DNA of 64,000 nucleotides from Acetobacteraceae bacterium. GTDB taxonomy: Bacteria > Pseudomonadota > Alphaproteobacteria > Acetobacterales > Acetobacteraceae. Location of the stretch: assembly GCA_947371015.1 (NCBI GenBank), contig CANBNK010000012.1:989-64988 (forward strand), read 5' to 3'. This document shows positions 19,239 to 28,757 of this stretch, piece after piece. The position numbers and the translations under genes are program-made. The notes beneath the pieces were generated by a model. It was not told the DNA's origin. It searched no databases and saw nothing but the letters and a program-made list of their open reading frames with translations. Every line of letters begins with the position of its first letter. Within the stretch, counting starts at the first letter, position 1.

Positions 19239-19314
19239 CCGACGAACCCAACGGTTCGCGGCGGGCCGACGCTGCCTTCCGCACCGCGGAGACCGACGAA
19301 CCCAACGGTTCGCG
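19239..19314. promoter_or_regulatory. candidate operator pair in the divergent thiolase / acyl-CoA synthetase intergenic region
   Basis: CCGACGAACCCAACGGTTCGCG occurs identically at 19239-19260 and 19293-19314. Each copy holds the palindrome CGAACC-CAAC-GGTTCG. A degenerate third unit (GGCCGACG...) lies between them, giving a 27-bp period. Confidence 0.4.
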
Positions 19315-19362
19315 CTGAGTTGACGCCACGCCCACCCGCGCTACAGGCTGGCCCCAACAAGC

Positions 19363-20904
19363 ATGGGGAAGCGACACATGGGGCATCTGGCGCGCTGGGC
19401 GGCGCAACAGCCGGACAAGACCGCGCTGCACTTCCCCGAGATCGGCCAAACCCGCAGCTATGCCGAACTGGACCGCCGCGCCAACCTGGCCGCGCAATGG
19501 CTCATCGGCCTTGGCCTGCAACCGGACGACACGGTGGCGCTGCTCTGCGACAACCGGCCCGAGTTTTTCGAAGTTGCCTTCGCCACCCGCCGCGCCGGGC
19601 TGCACTACACGCCGCTCTCCATCCACCTGCGCCCGCGCGAAATCGCCTACGTCCTGCAGGACAGCGGCGCCAAGGCGCTGATCGTCAGCGACGCCCTGGC
19701 CGAGCTGGCGCAGGACCTCATCGCCCAAGGTGCGGTCGGCGACCGGCTGCGCTTCGCCATCGGCGGCCCGGTCCCCGGCTATGAAAGCTACGAAGCCGGC
19801 CTCGCGCCGCTGCAACCCGCCCCGCTGCCGGCGCGCCCGGTCGGCCGCGTCTTCCTCTATTCCTCCGGCACCACCGGCCTGCCCAAGGGCATCCGCCGCC
19901 CGTTGATGGCCGCCGACCAGCACGCCGCCCCCGAAGCCGACATGCACTGGAAGCACTGGTACGGCTTCGACGACAGCACGGTCTATCTGTCGCCGGCACC
20001 GCTCTACCACGCCGCGCCCAACGCCTACTGCATGCGCACGCTGAACGAGGGCGGCAGCGTCGTGGTGCTGAAGAAGTTCGACGCCGCCGCCTGCCTCGCC
20101 GCCATCGAGCGTTACGGCGTCACCCACAGCCAATGGGTGCCGACCATGTTCAACCGCCTGCTGGCCTTGCCGGAAGCGGTGCGCGCGCAGCACAACCTGA
20201 CGACCCACCGTTGCGCCATCCACGCCGCCGCGCCATGCCCGCAAGCGGTGAAGCGCGCGATGATCGACTGGTGGGGGCCGATCCTGAAGGAATACTACGC
20301 CGGCTCCGAAAGCGTCGGCACGACGGTGATCGACAGCGACACCTGGCTGCGCAAGCCAGGCAGCGTCGGCCGCCCGGTCAACAACGTGAAGCTGCACATC
20401 CTGGACGAAGCCGGCAACGCGCTGCCCCCGCACGAGGTCGGCCAGATCTGGTTCGAAGGTGGCCCTGCCTTCGCCTACCACAACGCCGCCGAGAAGACCG
20501 CTGCCGCCCGCAACGCCCAAGGCTGGCAAAGCCTCGGCGACCTCGGCAGCGTGGACGAGGACGGCTTCCTGTTCCTCAGCGACCGCCGCGCCGACCTGAT
20601 ACTTTCTGGCGGCGTCAACATTTACCCCGCCGAAATCGAAGCCGCGCTGGCGCAACACCCGAGCGTGCGCGAAGTCGCCGTCGTCGGCGTGCCGCATCCC
20701 GATTTCGGCGAGCAGGTGAAGGCGGTGGTGGTCGCGCGCGGCGAGCCTGGCGCGACGCTGGCCGAAGACCTGCGCGACTTCGCCCGCCGCGACCTGGCCG
20801 GCCCCAAGGTGCCGCGGCTGATCGAGTTCGTGGACGAGTTGCCCCGCAGCGAAGCCGGCAAGCTGCTGCGACGCATATTGAAGGAGCAGCATCGCGGCGG
20901 TTAG
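19363..20904 (+). CDS. acyl-CoA synthetase (AMP-forming, ANL superfamily)
   Basis: AMP-binding signature LYSSGTTGLPKG, plus GDLGSVDEDGFLFLSDR and GKLLRR. An alternative ATG lies at 19378. Confidence 0.9.
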   Translation: MGKRHMGHLARWAAQQPDKTALHFPEIGQTRSYAELDRRANLAAQWLIGLGLQPDDTVALLCDNRPEFFEVAFATRRAGLHYTPLSIHLRPREIAYVLQDSGAKALIVSDALAELAQDLIAQGAVGDRLRFAIGGPVPGYESYEAGLAPLQPAPLPARPVGRVFLYSSGTTGLPKGIRRPLMAADQHAAPEADMHWKHWYGFDDSTVYLSPAPLYHAAPNAYCMRTLNEGGSVVVLKKFDAAACLAAIERYGVTHSQWVPTMFNRLLALPEAVRAQHNLTTHRCAIHAAAPCPQAVKRAMIDWWGPILKEYYAGSESVGTTVIDSDTWLRKPGSVGRPVNNVKLHILDEAGNALPPHEVGQIWFEGGPAFAYHNAAEKTAAARNAQGWQSLGDLGSVDEDGFLFLSDRRADLILSGGVNIYPAEIEAALAQHPSVREVAVVGVPHPDFGEQVKAVVVARGEPGATLAEDLRDFARRDLAGPKVPRLIEFVDELPRSEAGKLLRRILKEQHRGG

Positions 20905-20964
20905 CCGCGTTGGAGAAAGCGTGGCGGATAGCGGCGTGGGACAGCGCGCGGCGGTTAGCCGCGT
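20893..20964. repeat. short tandem repeat (about 27-bp period, three units)
   Basis: CGCGGCGGTTAGCCGCGT occurs at 20893-20910 and 20947-20964, with a degenerate middle unit GTGGCGGATAGCGGCGTGG. The first unit contains the TAG stop of the acyl-CoA synthetase gene. Confidence 0.5.
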
Positions 20965-20978
20965 GCCCCCACCCCAAC

Positions 20979-21037
20979 CCTCCCCCACAAGTGGGGGAGG
21001 AGGAACGCAGCTCCCTCCCCCGTACAGCCGGGGAGGG
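20979..21037. terminator. two GC-rich hairpins (REP-like / bidirectional terminator candidates) between convergent genes
   Basis: CCTCCCCCAC-aa-GTGGGGGAGG at 20979-21000, and CCCTCCCC (21013-21020) pairing with GGGGAGGG (21030-21037). No U-tract, so intrinsic terminator function is uncertain. Confidence 0.35.
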
Positions 21038-21057
21038 CCGGGGAGGGGGCCGCCTGG

Positions 21058-22023
21058 CTACCCGCCGGAAGACAACCCCAACCGCTTCACCCGCGCTTCC
21101 TCCAGGTCGATCGTCTGGGCCATGAACCGCGCATAATCCGCGCTGTTCAGATACTCGTTCGGCTGGTCCAGCCTATCCAGCGTCGCCAAATGCGCCGGGT
21201 CGAACTGCGCGCGTTTGAACCCGTCATGCAGCGCCGCCACCAGCCCCGGCTCCATCCCCGCCGGCCCGACGATCCCGTAGGGCGAGGTCACCACCATCCC
21301 CTGGTAGCCTAGCTCCAGCAGCGTCGGCACGGTGGGGAAGCGCTTCACCCGCTCCCGCGTCCAGAAGTTCAGGAAGCGCAGCGACCCCTGCTGCACCAGT
21401 TCGCCGCTGCCGGTGCCGGTGCTGGCGGCTTCGATATGCCCACCCAGCAGCGCCGGCGTCGCATCCGCCTCGCCACGGAACGGCACGTGGATCACCTCCA
21501 CCTTGTCGCGCTCGGCCAGGTCCACATTGGTCAGATGCGGCGTGCCATTCGCCCCGGTATTGCCCCAGCGGATCTGCCCCGGCCGGCGCTTCATCTCCGC
21601 CACCAGGTCGGCATAGGTCTTCCACGGACTATCCGCCTTGACCAGCACGCCGAAGGTATAGCCGGTCACGTGCATGACCGGGGTGAAGTCGGTGCGCGGG
21701 TTGAAGCTCATCCGCTGCATGAAGGGCAGCCGCATGCCCGGCAGGATCATCTGCGCCAGCGTGTAGCCATCTGGCCGCGCCCGCGCCACCGCGGACATGC
21801 CCAGGACCGCGCCGCCGCCAGGACGATTCTCGATCAGCACCGTCTGCCCGAAGGCGCGCGTCGCCGCCTCGGCCAGCGACCGCATCTGCACATCCGTCGC
21901 GCCCCCGGCGGTGAAGGGAATGAGGATGGTGATCGGCTTGTCCGGAAACCGCGCTTGCGCCCGAGCGGCGAAAGGCAGCAGCGCGGGCGCAGCCAGCACG
22001 GCACGGCGAGTGAAATGCGTCAT
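21058..22023 (-). CDS. Bug/TctC-family substrate-binding protein
   Basis: ATG 22023 gives MTHFTRRAVLAAPALLPFAARAQ followed by ITILIPFTAGGATDVQMRS. Confidence 0.85.
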   Translation of the reverse strand: MTHFTRRAVLAAPALLPFAARAQARFPDKPITILIPFTAGGATDVQMRSLAEAATRAFGQTVLIENRPGGGAVLGMSAVARARPDGYTLAQMILPGMRLPFMQRMSFNPRTDFTPVMHVTGYTFGVLVKADSPWKTYADLVAEMKRRPGQIRWGNTGANGTPHLTNVDLAERDKVEVIHVPFRGEADATPALLGGHIEAASTGTGSGELVQQGSLRFLNFWTRERVKRFPTVPTLLELGYQGMVVTSPYGIVGPAGMEPGLVAALHDGFKRAQFDPAHLATLDRLDQPNEYLNSADYARFMAQTIDLEEARVKRLGLSSGG

Positions 22024-22096
22024 GGTCGTTCCCGGTTCTTCTGGTTCGTTCCGCAAGGCTTGGTCATCGGCGACGCAGCTGCGCCGCCTCACATCG

Positions 22097-23047
22097 TCAC
22101 GGCAGCAACCCCAGCCGCCGGATCAGCGCCTGTTCCTGTGGCACCACCTGGCGCAGGAACGCCGCATACTCAGCGCTGTCCTTGTAATCCACGTTCATGT
22201 CGAAGCGCTCCAGCACCGCCATATGCGCCGGGTCCGCCATCGCGCTGTGGAGCGCGTCGTGCAGCGTCTTCGTCACCGCCGGGTCCATCCCGGCCGGCCC
22301 GACCAACCCATACGGCCCGCTGACCACCATGCCCTCATAGCCCAGCTCCAGCAGCGTTGGCGCGTCAGGCCATTTGCGCGTGCGCTGCGCCGTCCAGGTG
22401 TTGAGCCAGCGCGCCAACCCGTCCGTCACCATCGCGCCGCCCAGCGCCGTGGTGGCGGCGGCATCGACATGCCCGCCCAGCACCGCCTGCGCACTCTCCG
22501 CCTCGCCCCTGTACGGCACATGCAGCAGCTCGATCCCCGCGCGCTGCGCCAGCTCCAGCGCGCCCAGATGCGGCGTGCCATTGGTGCCGGCATTGCCGAT
22601 GGTCAGCTTGCCCGGGTTGGCCTTCGCCTCGGCGACGAACTCGGCCCAGTTCCGCCAACGCGCATCCTGCTTGACGATCACGCCGAACAGATACCCGGTC
22701 AGGTGCACCACCGGCGTGAAGTCGCGCAGCACGTCGTAGCTGAGGCGTTGCAGGAAGGTCAGCCGTATCGCCGAGTTCGGCAACTGCGTCAGCAAATAGC
22801 CATCCGGCCGCGCCCGCGCCACCGCCGCCGGGCCGAGCGAAGACCCGGCGCCCGGCCGGTTCTCCACCAGCACCGGCTGCCCCAGCCGCTCCGTCGCCGC
22901 ACTGGCCAGCGCCCGCATCACCACATCGGTACTGCCGCCGGCAACAAACGGCACGATGATGGTCACCGGCCGATCCGGAAACCGCCCTTGCGCCCGCGCC
23001 GCAAACGGCAGCACCAACGGCGCCGCCAAAACCGCCCTGCGTTGCAT
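22097..23047 (-). CDS. Bug/TctC-family substrate-binding protein
   Basis: ATG 23047 gives MQRRAVLAAPLVLPFAARAQ followed by VTIIVPFVAGGSTDVVMRA. The start abuts the stop of the acyl-CoA dehydrogenase gene. Confidence 0.85.
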   Translation of the reverse strand: MQRRAVLAAPLVLPFAARAQGRFPDRPVTIIVPFVAGGSTDVVMRALASAATERLGQPVLVENRPGAGSSLGPAAVARARPDGYLLTQLPNSAIRLTFLQRLSYDVLRDFTPVVHLTGYLFGVIVKQDARWRNWAEFVAEAKANPGKLTIGNAGTNGTPHLGALELAQRAGIELLHVPYRGEAESAQAVLGGHVDAAATTALGGAMVTDGLARWLNTWTAQRTRKWPDAPTLLELGYEGMVVSGPYGLVGPAGMDPAVTKTLHDALHSAMADPAHMAVLERFDMNVDYKDSAEYAAFLRQVVPQEQALIRRLGLLP

Positions 23048-24201
23048 CACAGCGTCCGGGCGATGATCTCCTTCATCACCTCCGAACTGCCGCCATAGAT
23101 CCGCCCGACCCGCGCATCCGCCCAGGCCCGCGCCACCTTGGTCTCGGTCATGTAGCCCATGCCGCCATGAATCTGCAGGCAGTCGTCCAGCACCTTGCAG
23201 TACAGCTCCGCCCCCATCAGCTTCGCCGTCGCCGCCATCTCCACGGAAAGCTCGCCCTTCAGGTGCAGCGCCAGGCAGTGGTCGGCAAAGCTGCGATACA
23301 TCACCGCATTCGCCCGGCACTCCGCCAGCTTGAAGCGGTTGTGCTGCATGTCGAACACCGTGCTGTCGAACAGCTTCCGGTCCCGCGCCCAGGCCACGGT
23401 TTCCTCGATCGCCACTTCCATGCCGGTCGCTGCCCGCATGGCGATGATCAACCGCTCCTGCGGCAGGTTCGAGATCAGGTAGTTGAACCCCTTGCCTTCC
23501 TCGCCCAGCAGGTTGGCGCGCGGCACCCGCACATCCTGGAAGAACAACTCACTGGTGTCCTGCGCATGCAGCCCCAGCTTCTCCAGGTTTTTCCCCTTGG
23601 CGAACCCCGGCGTGCCCTCCTCCACGCACACCAGGGAAATGCCCTTGCGGCCGGCGGCGGGGTCGGTCTTGCAGCACAGAATCACCAGGTGCGCGTTCTG
23701 CCCATTGGTGATGTAGGTCTTGCTGCCATTGATGACGTAGTCATCGCCATCCTTCTCGGCCCGCGTCCGCATCGCCTTCAGGTCGCTGCCCATGCCCGGC
23801 TCGGTCATCGCGATGGCGGTGATCATCTCGCCGCGCGCCATCTTCGGCAGCCATTCGCGCTTCTTCGCTTCCGTCGCGTAGCTGAGGATATACGGCGCGG
23901 TGATGTCGTTATGCAGCGAGAAGCCAACGCCGCTGGCCTGCACCCGCCCGGTCTCCTCGATCAGCACCGTCGAGAAGCCGAAATCCGCACCGGCGCCGCC
24001 ATATTCCTCGGGCATCGAAAGACACAGCAACCCGGCCTCGCCGGCCGCCAGCCAGACCTCGCGCGGGACAATCCCGTCCTTCTCCCACTGCCGATGATAC
24101 GGCACCACATGCTTCTCGAAGAAGCCGCGCACCGTGGCGCGGAACGCCTCGTGCTCCTCGGTCAGCACCGTCCGCGGCGGAAAGGCCGGCAACTTTTCCA
24201 T
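23047..24201 (-). CDS. acyl-CoA dehydrogenase
   Basis: 384 aa. Contains AMTEPGMGSD, YITNG and QIHGGMGY, and has the typical three-domain ACAD length. Confidence 0.9.
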   Translation of the reverse strand: MEKLPAFPPRTVLTEEHEAFRATVRGFFEKHVVPYHRQWEKDGIVPREVWLAAGEAGLLCLSMPEEYGGAGADFGFSTVLIEETGRVQASGVGFSLHNDITAPYILSYATEAKKREWLPKMARGEMITAIAMTEPGMGSDLKAMRTRAEKDGDDYVINGSKTYITNGQNAHLVILCCKTDPAAGRKGISLVCVEEGTPGFAKGKNLEKLGLHAQDTSELFFQDVRVPRANLLGEEGKGFNYLISNLPQERLIIAMRAATGMEVAIEETVAWARDRKLFDSTVFDMQHNRFKLAECRANAVMYRSFADHCLALHLKGELSVEMAATAKLMGAELYCKVLDDCLQIHGGMGYMTETKVARAWADARVGRIYGGSSEVMKEIIARTL

Positions 24202-24202
24202 C

Positions 24203-25321
24203 TCACTTCACCCCGCTGATGCTGGCGATCTCGGCGGCGCTGAACCCCAGCGCGCCCAACACGTCCCGCGTATGCTCGCCGCGCGTCGGCGGTGGCAGCG
24301 CCGCTTCACCTGGGGTGGCACTGAAGCGCGGCGCCGGCGCCGATTGCAGCACGCCGTCCCGCTCGATGAAGGTCTGTCGCGCGACGTTGTGCGGATGCAC
24401 GGGCGCCTCGGCCATGCTCAGCACCGGCGCGACGCAGGCATCGCTGCCATCGAACAGCGCCGCCCAATGGTCGCGCGGCTGGCTGGCGAATACCTCGGTC
24501 AACCGGGCCTTCAACGCCGGCCAGGCCGCCGGCTGCATGCGGTCCTTATGCTCGGCCGCATCAATCCCCAGCTTCTCCAGCATCAACGCGAAGAACTGCG
24601 GCTCAATCGGCCCCACCGCGACAAAGCCGCCATCGGCACAGGTATAGGTGTCGTACCAGGGCGCCGCGCCATCCAGCATGTTGCTCTCGCGCTCAGCCTG
24701 CCACCGCCCGCGCGCCATCATGCCGTAGATCGGCGCCATCAGCAGCGCGGCGCCATCGGTCATGGCGGCGTCCACCACCTGGCCCTTGCCCGTGGAACGC
24801 GCACTCAGAATGGCCGCCAACAACCCAACCGCCAGCAGCATCCCGCCGCCGCCATAATCGCCCACCAGGTTCAGCGGTGGGGCAGGGCGCTCGCCCTTGC
24901 GGCCCATGGCATGCAGCGCCCCGGTCAGCGCGATGTAGTTCATGTCGTGCCCAGCGGCCTGCGCCAGCGGGCCTTCCTGGCCCCAGCCGGTCATCCGCCC
25001 ATAGGCAAGGCGTGGATTGCGCCCCAGCACCACCTCCGGCCCCAGCCCCAGCCGCTCCATCACGCCGGGCCGAAACCCCTCGATGAGAGCATCCGCGCCT
25101 TCCAGCAGCCGCAGCGCCGCCTCAACCGCGCCCGGCGCCTTCAAATCCAGGGTCACGCTCTGCCGCCCGCGCAGAATGGGGTCGCGCCGATCCATCGGCG
25201 GCCCGTCCGGCCGGTCCAGCCGCACCACCTCGGCGCCCATATCCGCCAGCACCATGGCGCAGAACGGCCCGGGGCCAATGCCCGCGAACTCGATGACCCG
25301 AATGCCGCTCAGCGGTCCCAT
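24203..25321 (-). CDS. family III CoA-transferase (CaiB/BaiF; alpha-methylacyl-CoA racemase-like)
   Basis: ATG 25321 gives [38 protein letters not shown], the characteristic N-terminus of this family. Ends 1 nt before the acyl-CoA dehydrogenase start. Confidence 0.85.
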   Translation of the reverse strand: MGPLSGIRVIEFAGIGPGPFCAMVLADMGAEVVRLDRPDGPPMDRRDPILRGRQSVTLDLKAPGAVEAALRLLEGADALIEGFRPGVMERLGLGPEVVLGRNPRLAYGRMTGWGQEGPLAQAAGHDMNYIALTGALHAMGRKGERPAPPLNLVGDYGGGGMLLAVGLLAAILSARSTGKGQVVDAAMTDGAALLMAPIYGMMARGRWQAERESNMLDGAAPWYDTYTCADGGFVAVGPIEPQFFALMLEKLGIDAAEHKDRMQPAAWPALKARLTEVFASQPRDHWAALFDGSDACVAPVLSMAEAPVHPHNVARQTFIERDGVLQSAPAPRFSATPGEAALPPPTRGEHTRDVLGALGFSAAEIASISGVK

Positions 25322-25588
25322 GGGCGTCTCCCTTTCCGCCCAGCCTATACCGTGGCGCCGTTGGGCAGAAGCACTCACCGCCCGGGCTTTTCCGGCGCGG
25401 GACCGATTCACCGCCGCCGCCGCAAGCGCCGCCGACGCACCGGCTCCCGCCGATTTGACAGGCCCGCCGCCCTATCGGACCTTCGGCCCCGAACGGGCCT
25501 GGTCGGCCAGGGCGTCTCGCCGTGGCCGTGAATCAGCCCTGCAAACGAAACCGGTCGCCCAGCGGCCTGGCGTCCATCGGAGCGAAAC

Positions 25589-27316
25589 ATGTCCCGCCAC
25601 ACCGCCGCCCACTACTTCCTCGAAGGCCTGGTGGAGAGCGGCATCGAATACCTGTTCTGCAACCTCGGCACCGACCACGTCTCCATCATCGAGGAGATCG
25701 CCCGCTGGGACCAGACCAACCGCCCGCGCCCGCCGGTCATCACCGCCCCGCATGAGGTCGTCGCCGTCCACATGGCCGGCGGCTACGCCATCATGACTGG
25801 CCGTGGCCAGGCCGTGCTGGTGCATGTGGATGCCGGCACCGCCAACGCCGCCATGGGCATGCACAACCTCTGCCGCGGCCGCGTCCCGGTCTTCCTGATG
25901 GCGGGCCGCGCGCCCTTCACCACGCGCGGCGAAATGGTTGGCAGCCGCGACACCTATGTCCACTTCATCCAGGACCCCTACGACATCGCCAGCATCGTGC
26001 GGCCCTACACCAAGTGGGAATACTGCCTGCCCAACGGCATCGTCGCCAAGGAACTGCTGGCCCGCGGCACCGCCATGATGATGAGCGAGCCGACCGGCCC
26101 GGTCTTCATGTCGCTGCCGCGCGAAACCCTGGCCGAGGAAATCGAGGAAGAAAAGATCCGCAGCTACCCGCCGTCCCGCTACGGCGCGGTGCTGGCCGGC
26201 GGCGCCGGGCCGGAAGTGGTGGCCAGGATCGCCGCCGAGATCATGGCCGCCGACAACCCCGTGGCCTTCTGCGGCTATACCGGCCGCAAGCCGGAAGCGG
26301 TTGCCGCGCTGGCGGACCTGGCCATGCTGGCCGGCCTGCGCGTCGTCTCCCACTACCCGGTGTACATGAACTTCCCCGCCGACCACCCCGCCTTCGCTGG
26401 CTTCGAGCCCGGCGGCCTGCTGAAGGAATGCGACCTCGGCCTGCTGCTGGACGTGGACGTCCCCTGGGTGCCCACCACCCACCCGCACAACGAAAACACC
26501 TTCTTCATCCATGTCGATGTGGATGCCGCCAAGCGCGACCTGCCGATCTGGAACTTCCCCGGCGACATCCGCGTCCAGGGCGACTGCGCCATCGTGCTCG
26601 GCCAGGTCGCCGCCGCCATCCGCGGCATGAGCGACGACGCCTACCGCGCCAAGGTCGCCGCCCGCATCGCCAGCTGGGATGCCCCCCGCACCGCCCGCCA
26701 GCGCAAGCTGGACGGCTTGGCGGAACAGGCCGGCGCCGCCGATACCATCTCGGTGCCCTACCTGATGGCGGAACTGAACAAGCAACTCCGGCCGGAAGAC
26801 ATCGTCGTCAACGAAGCCATCCGCAACGGCGGCCATGTGCAGGACTTCATCACCCGCACCCTGCCGCAGACCTATATCGGCTTCGCCGGTGGCGGCCTCG
26901 GCTTCTCCGGCGGCATGGCGCTGGGCGTGAAGCTGGCGCGGCCGGAAAACCGCGTGCTGCAGATCGTCGGCGACGGCAGCTATCACTTCGGCAGCCCCGA
27001 CGCGGTCTACAGCGTAGCGCAGATGCACGGCCTGCCGATCTTCACCATCGTGCTGGACAACCGCGGCTGGGGCGCGGTGAAATCCGCCGTCAACCGCGTC
27101 TATCCCGGCGGCGAGGCCAGCAAGACCGACGCCTTCTTCAGTCGCCTGGACAAGAACGCGGATATCCGCCGCTTCGAGGATGTGGGCAAGGCGTTCGGCG
27201 CTTACGGCGAACGCGTGACCGAACCGGCGGATGTGGCCGCCGCCCTGGCCCGCTGCCTGGAGCGGGTGGAAGCCGGCCAGGCCGCGGTGCTGACCGTGCG
27301 CGTCACGCCGATCTGA
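25589..27316 (+). CDS. thiamine diphosphate-dependent enzyme (acetolactate synthase large-subunit-like family)
   Basis: 575 aa with three-domain ThDP architecture. The C-terminal ThDP motif is IVGDGSYHFG...LDNRGWG. Confidence 0.85.
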   Translation: MSRHTAAHYFLEGLVESGIEYLFCNLGTDHVSIIEEIARWDQTNRPRPPVITAPHEVVAVHMAGGYAIMTGRGQAVLVHVDAGTANAAMGMHNLCRGRVPVFLMAGRAPFTTRGEMVGSRDTYVHFIQDPYDIASIVRPYTKWEYCLPNGIVAKELLARGTAMMMSEPTGPVFMSLPRETLAEEIEEEKIRSYPPSRYGAVLAGGAGPEVVARIAAEIMAADNPVAFCGYTGRKPEAVAALADLAMLAGLRVVSHYPVYMNFPADHPAFAGFEPGGLLKECDLGLLLDVDVPWVPTTHPHNENTFFIHVDVDAAKRDLPIWNFPGDIRVQGDCAIVLGQVAAAIRGMSDDAYRAKVAARIASWDAPRTARQRKLDGLAEQAGAADTISVPYLMAELNKQLRPEDIVVNEAIRNGGHVQDFITRTLPQTYIGFAGGGLGFSGGMALGVKLARPENRVLQIVGDGSYHFGSPDAVYSVAQMHGLPIFTIVLDNRGWGAVKSAVNRVYPGGEASKTDAFFSRLDKNADIRRFEDVGKAFGAYGERVTEPADVAAALARCLERVEAGQAAVLTVRVTPI

Positions 27317-27321
27317 CCGCC

Positions 27322-27720
27322 ATGCCGCAGTACCAGGGCTCCTGCCACTGCGGCACGGTCCGCTTCACCCTGCGGGCCGAGCTGGTGGAGCTGACCACCT
27401 GCGACTGCTCGCTCTGCGTGAAGAAGAACGCCCTGATGACCAAGGTGCATGAAACCGCCCTGGTCATCACCGCCGGCGAGGACGCCCTCTCGCTGTACCA
27501 ATGGAATACGCGGCGGGCGAAGCACTGGTTCTGCTCGCGCTGCGGCATCTACACCTTCCACCGCAAGCGGGCGCAGCCGGACCACTACGGCGTCAACATC
27601 CACTGCCTGGACGGCTTCGACATGGCCAGCCTGCCGGTCCGCGCCACCGAGGGGCTGAACATGAGCGTGACCGACCCCGAGGCCCGGCCGGAATGGCCGG
27701 GGCCGCGCGAAGCAGGCTGA
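27322..27720 (+). CDS. GFA-family (glutathione-dependent formaldehyde-activating / CENP-V-like) zinc protein
   Basis: ATG 27322 gives MPQYQGSCHCGTVRF..CDCSLCVKK..WFCSRCG, the Cys-rich GFA signature. 132 aa. Confidence 0.8.
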   Translation: MPQYQGSCHCGTVRFTLRAELVELTTCDCSLCVKKNALMTKVHETALVITAGEDALSLYQWNTRRAKHWFCSRCGIYTFHRKRAQPDHYGVNIHCLDGFDMASLPVRATEGLNMSVTDPEARPEWPGPREAG

Positions 27721-27768
27721 TCCACGGCTTCACGGCCGGCGGCGATCCTGCCTCGGCCGCGCGTGCCG

Positions 27769-28737
27769 CTACTCTATCCGCACGCCCGTCTCGCGGATGA
27801 TCCGCGCATACCGCGCCCCATCCTGCCGCACCGTCGCGCGCAGCTGCTCGGGCGTGCCCGGGTCCGGCACCTGGCCGATCCGCCGCAGCGCTTCCTGCGC
27901 CGCCGGCGTCGCCAGCCAGGCCACGGTCTCGGCGTTCAGCCGCCGCACCACCGCCGCCGGCACGCCGGCCGGCGCGAACAGCCCGAACCACACCCCGGCG
28001 TCGAAGCCCTCGATCCCCGTGGTCTCCGCCACCGTCGGCAAATCCGGGAAGAAGCTGCTGCGCTCCGGCACCGCCGCGGCAATGGCCTTCACCGTGCCGG
28101 CCTGCAAGGCGCCGCCCACCACGGTCAAATCCGCCATCATCACCTGGATGCGCCCGCCCAGCATGTCGTTCAGCACCTGCACGTAGCTGCGGTACGGCAC
28201 ATGCACCAGGTCCAGCTTGTGGGTCAGCTTCAGCAACTCCATGCCCAGGTTGCCGGAGGTGCCGTTGCCGTTGCTGCCATAGCTCAGCCTGCCCGGCTCC
28301 CGCCGCGCCAGCGCCATCAGCTCCGCCATGTTGTTCGCCGGAAACGCCGCCGGCACCACCACGAAGAACGGCGCGCGGCTCACCATCCCCACCGTGGCGA
28401 AGTCGCGTTCCGGCTGATAGGGCGGGTTGGCCACCAGCAGCGGCACGCTGGCCATGGTCGAGTTGGAGCAGAACAGAAACGTATAACCATCCGGCGCGCT
28501 CTTCGCCGCGGCATCGGCGGCAATCACGGTATTGCCGCCCGGCCGGTTGTCGATGACGAACGGCGCCCCCAGTACCCGCCCAAGATGCTCGCTGAGCAGC
28601 CGCGCCGGCACATCGGCGGCGCCACCAGGCGGAAACGGCACCAGCAGTTTTACGGGACGCGCCGGCCACTCGCCCTGGGCCAAGGCCGGCGTGGCAAGGC
28701 AGGCGGCCAGCGCCGCGCGACGCGAAATTCCAGTCAT
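27769..28737 (-). CDS. Bug/TctC-family substrate-binding protein
   Basis: Signal peptide MTGISRRAALAACLATPALAQG followed by VKLLVPFPPGGAADVPARL. Confidence 0.9.
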   Translation of the reverse strand: MTGISRRAALAACLATPALAQGEWPARPVKLLVPFPPGGAADVPARLLSEHLGRVLGAPFVIDNRPGGNTVIAADAAAKSAPDGYTFLFCSNSTMASVPLLVANPPYQPERDFATVGMVSRAPFFVVVPAAFPANNMAELMALARREPGRLSYGSNGNGTSGNLGMELLKLTHKLDLVHVPYRSYVQVLNDMLGGRIQVMMADLTVVGGALQAGTVKAIAAAVPERSSFFPDLPTVAETTGIEGFDAGVWFGLFAPAGVPAAVVRRLNAETVAWLATPAAQEALRRIGQVPDPGTPEQLRATVRQDGARYARIIRETGVRIE

Positions 28738-28757
28738 CGATCCCCCCAGGGCTGCTC

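Noticed and set aside
19237-19314. The periodic repeats at 19237, 20893 and 56199 considered as mini-CRISPR arrays.
   Set aside because: There are only 2-3 units each, the spacers are partly homologous to the repeats, the period of about 27 or 54-55 bp is atypical, and there are no cas genes.
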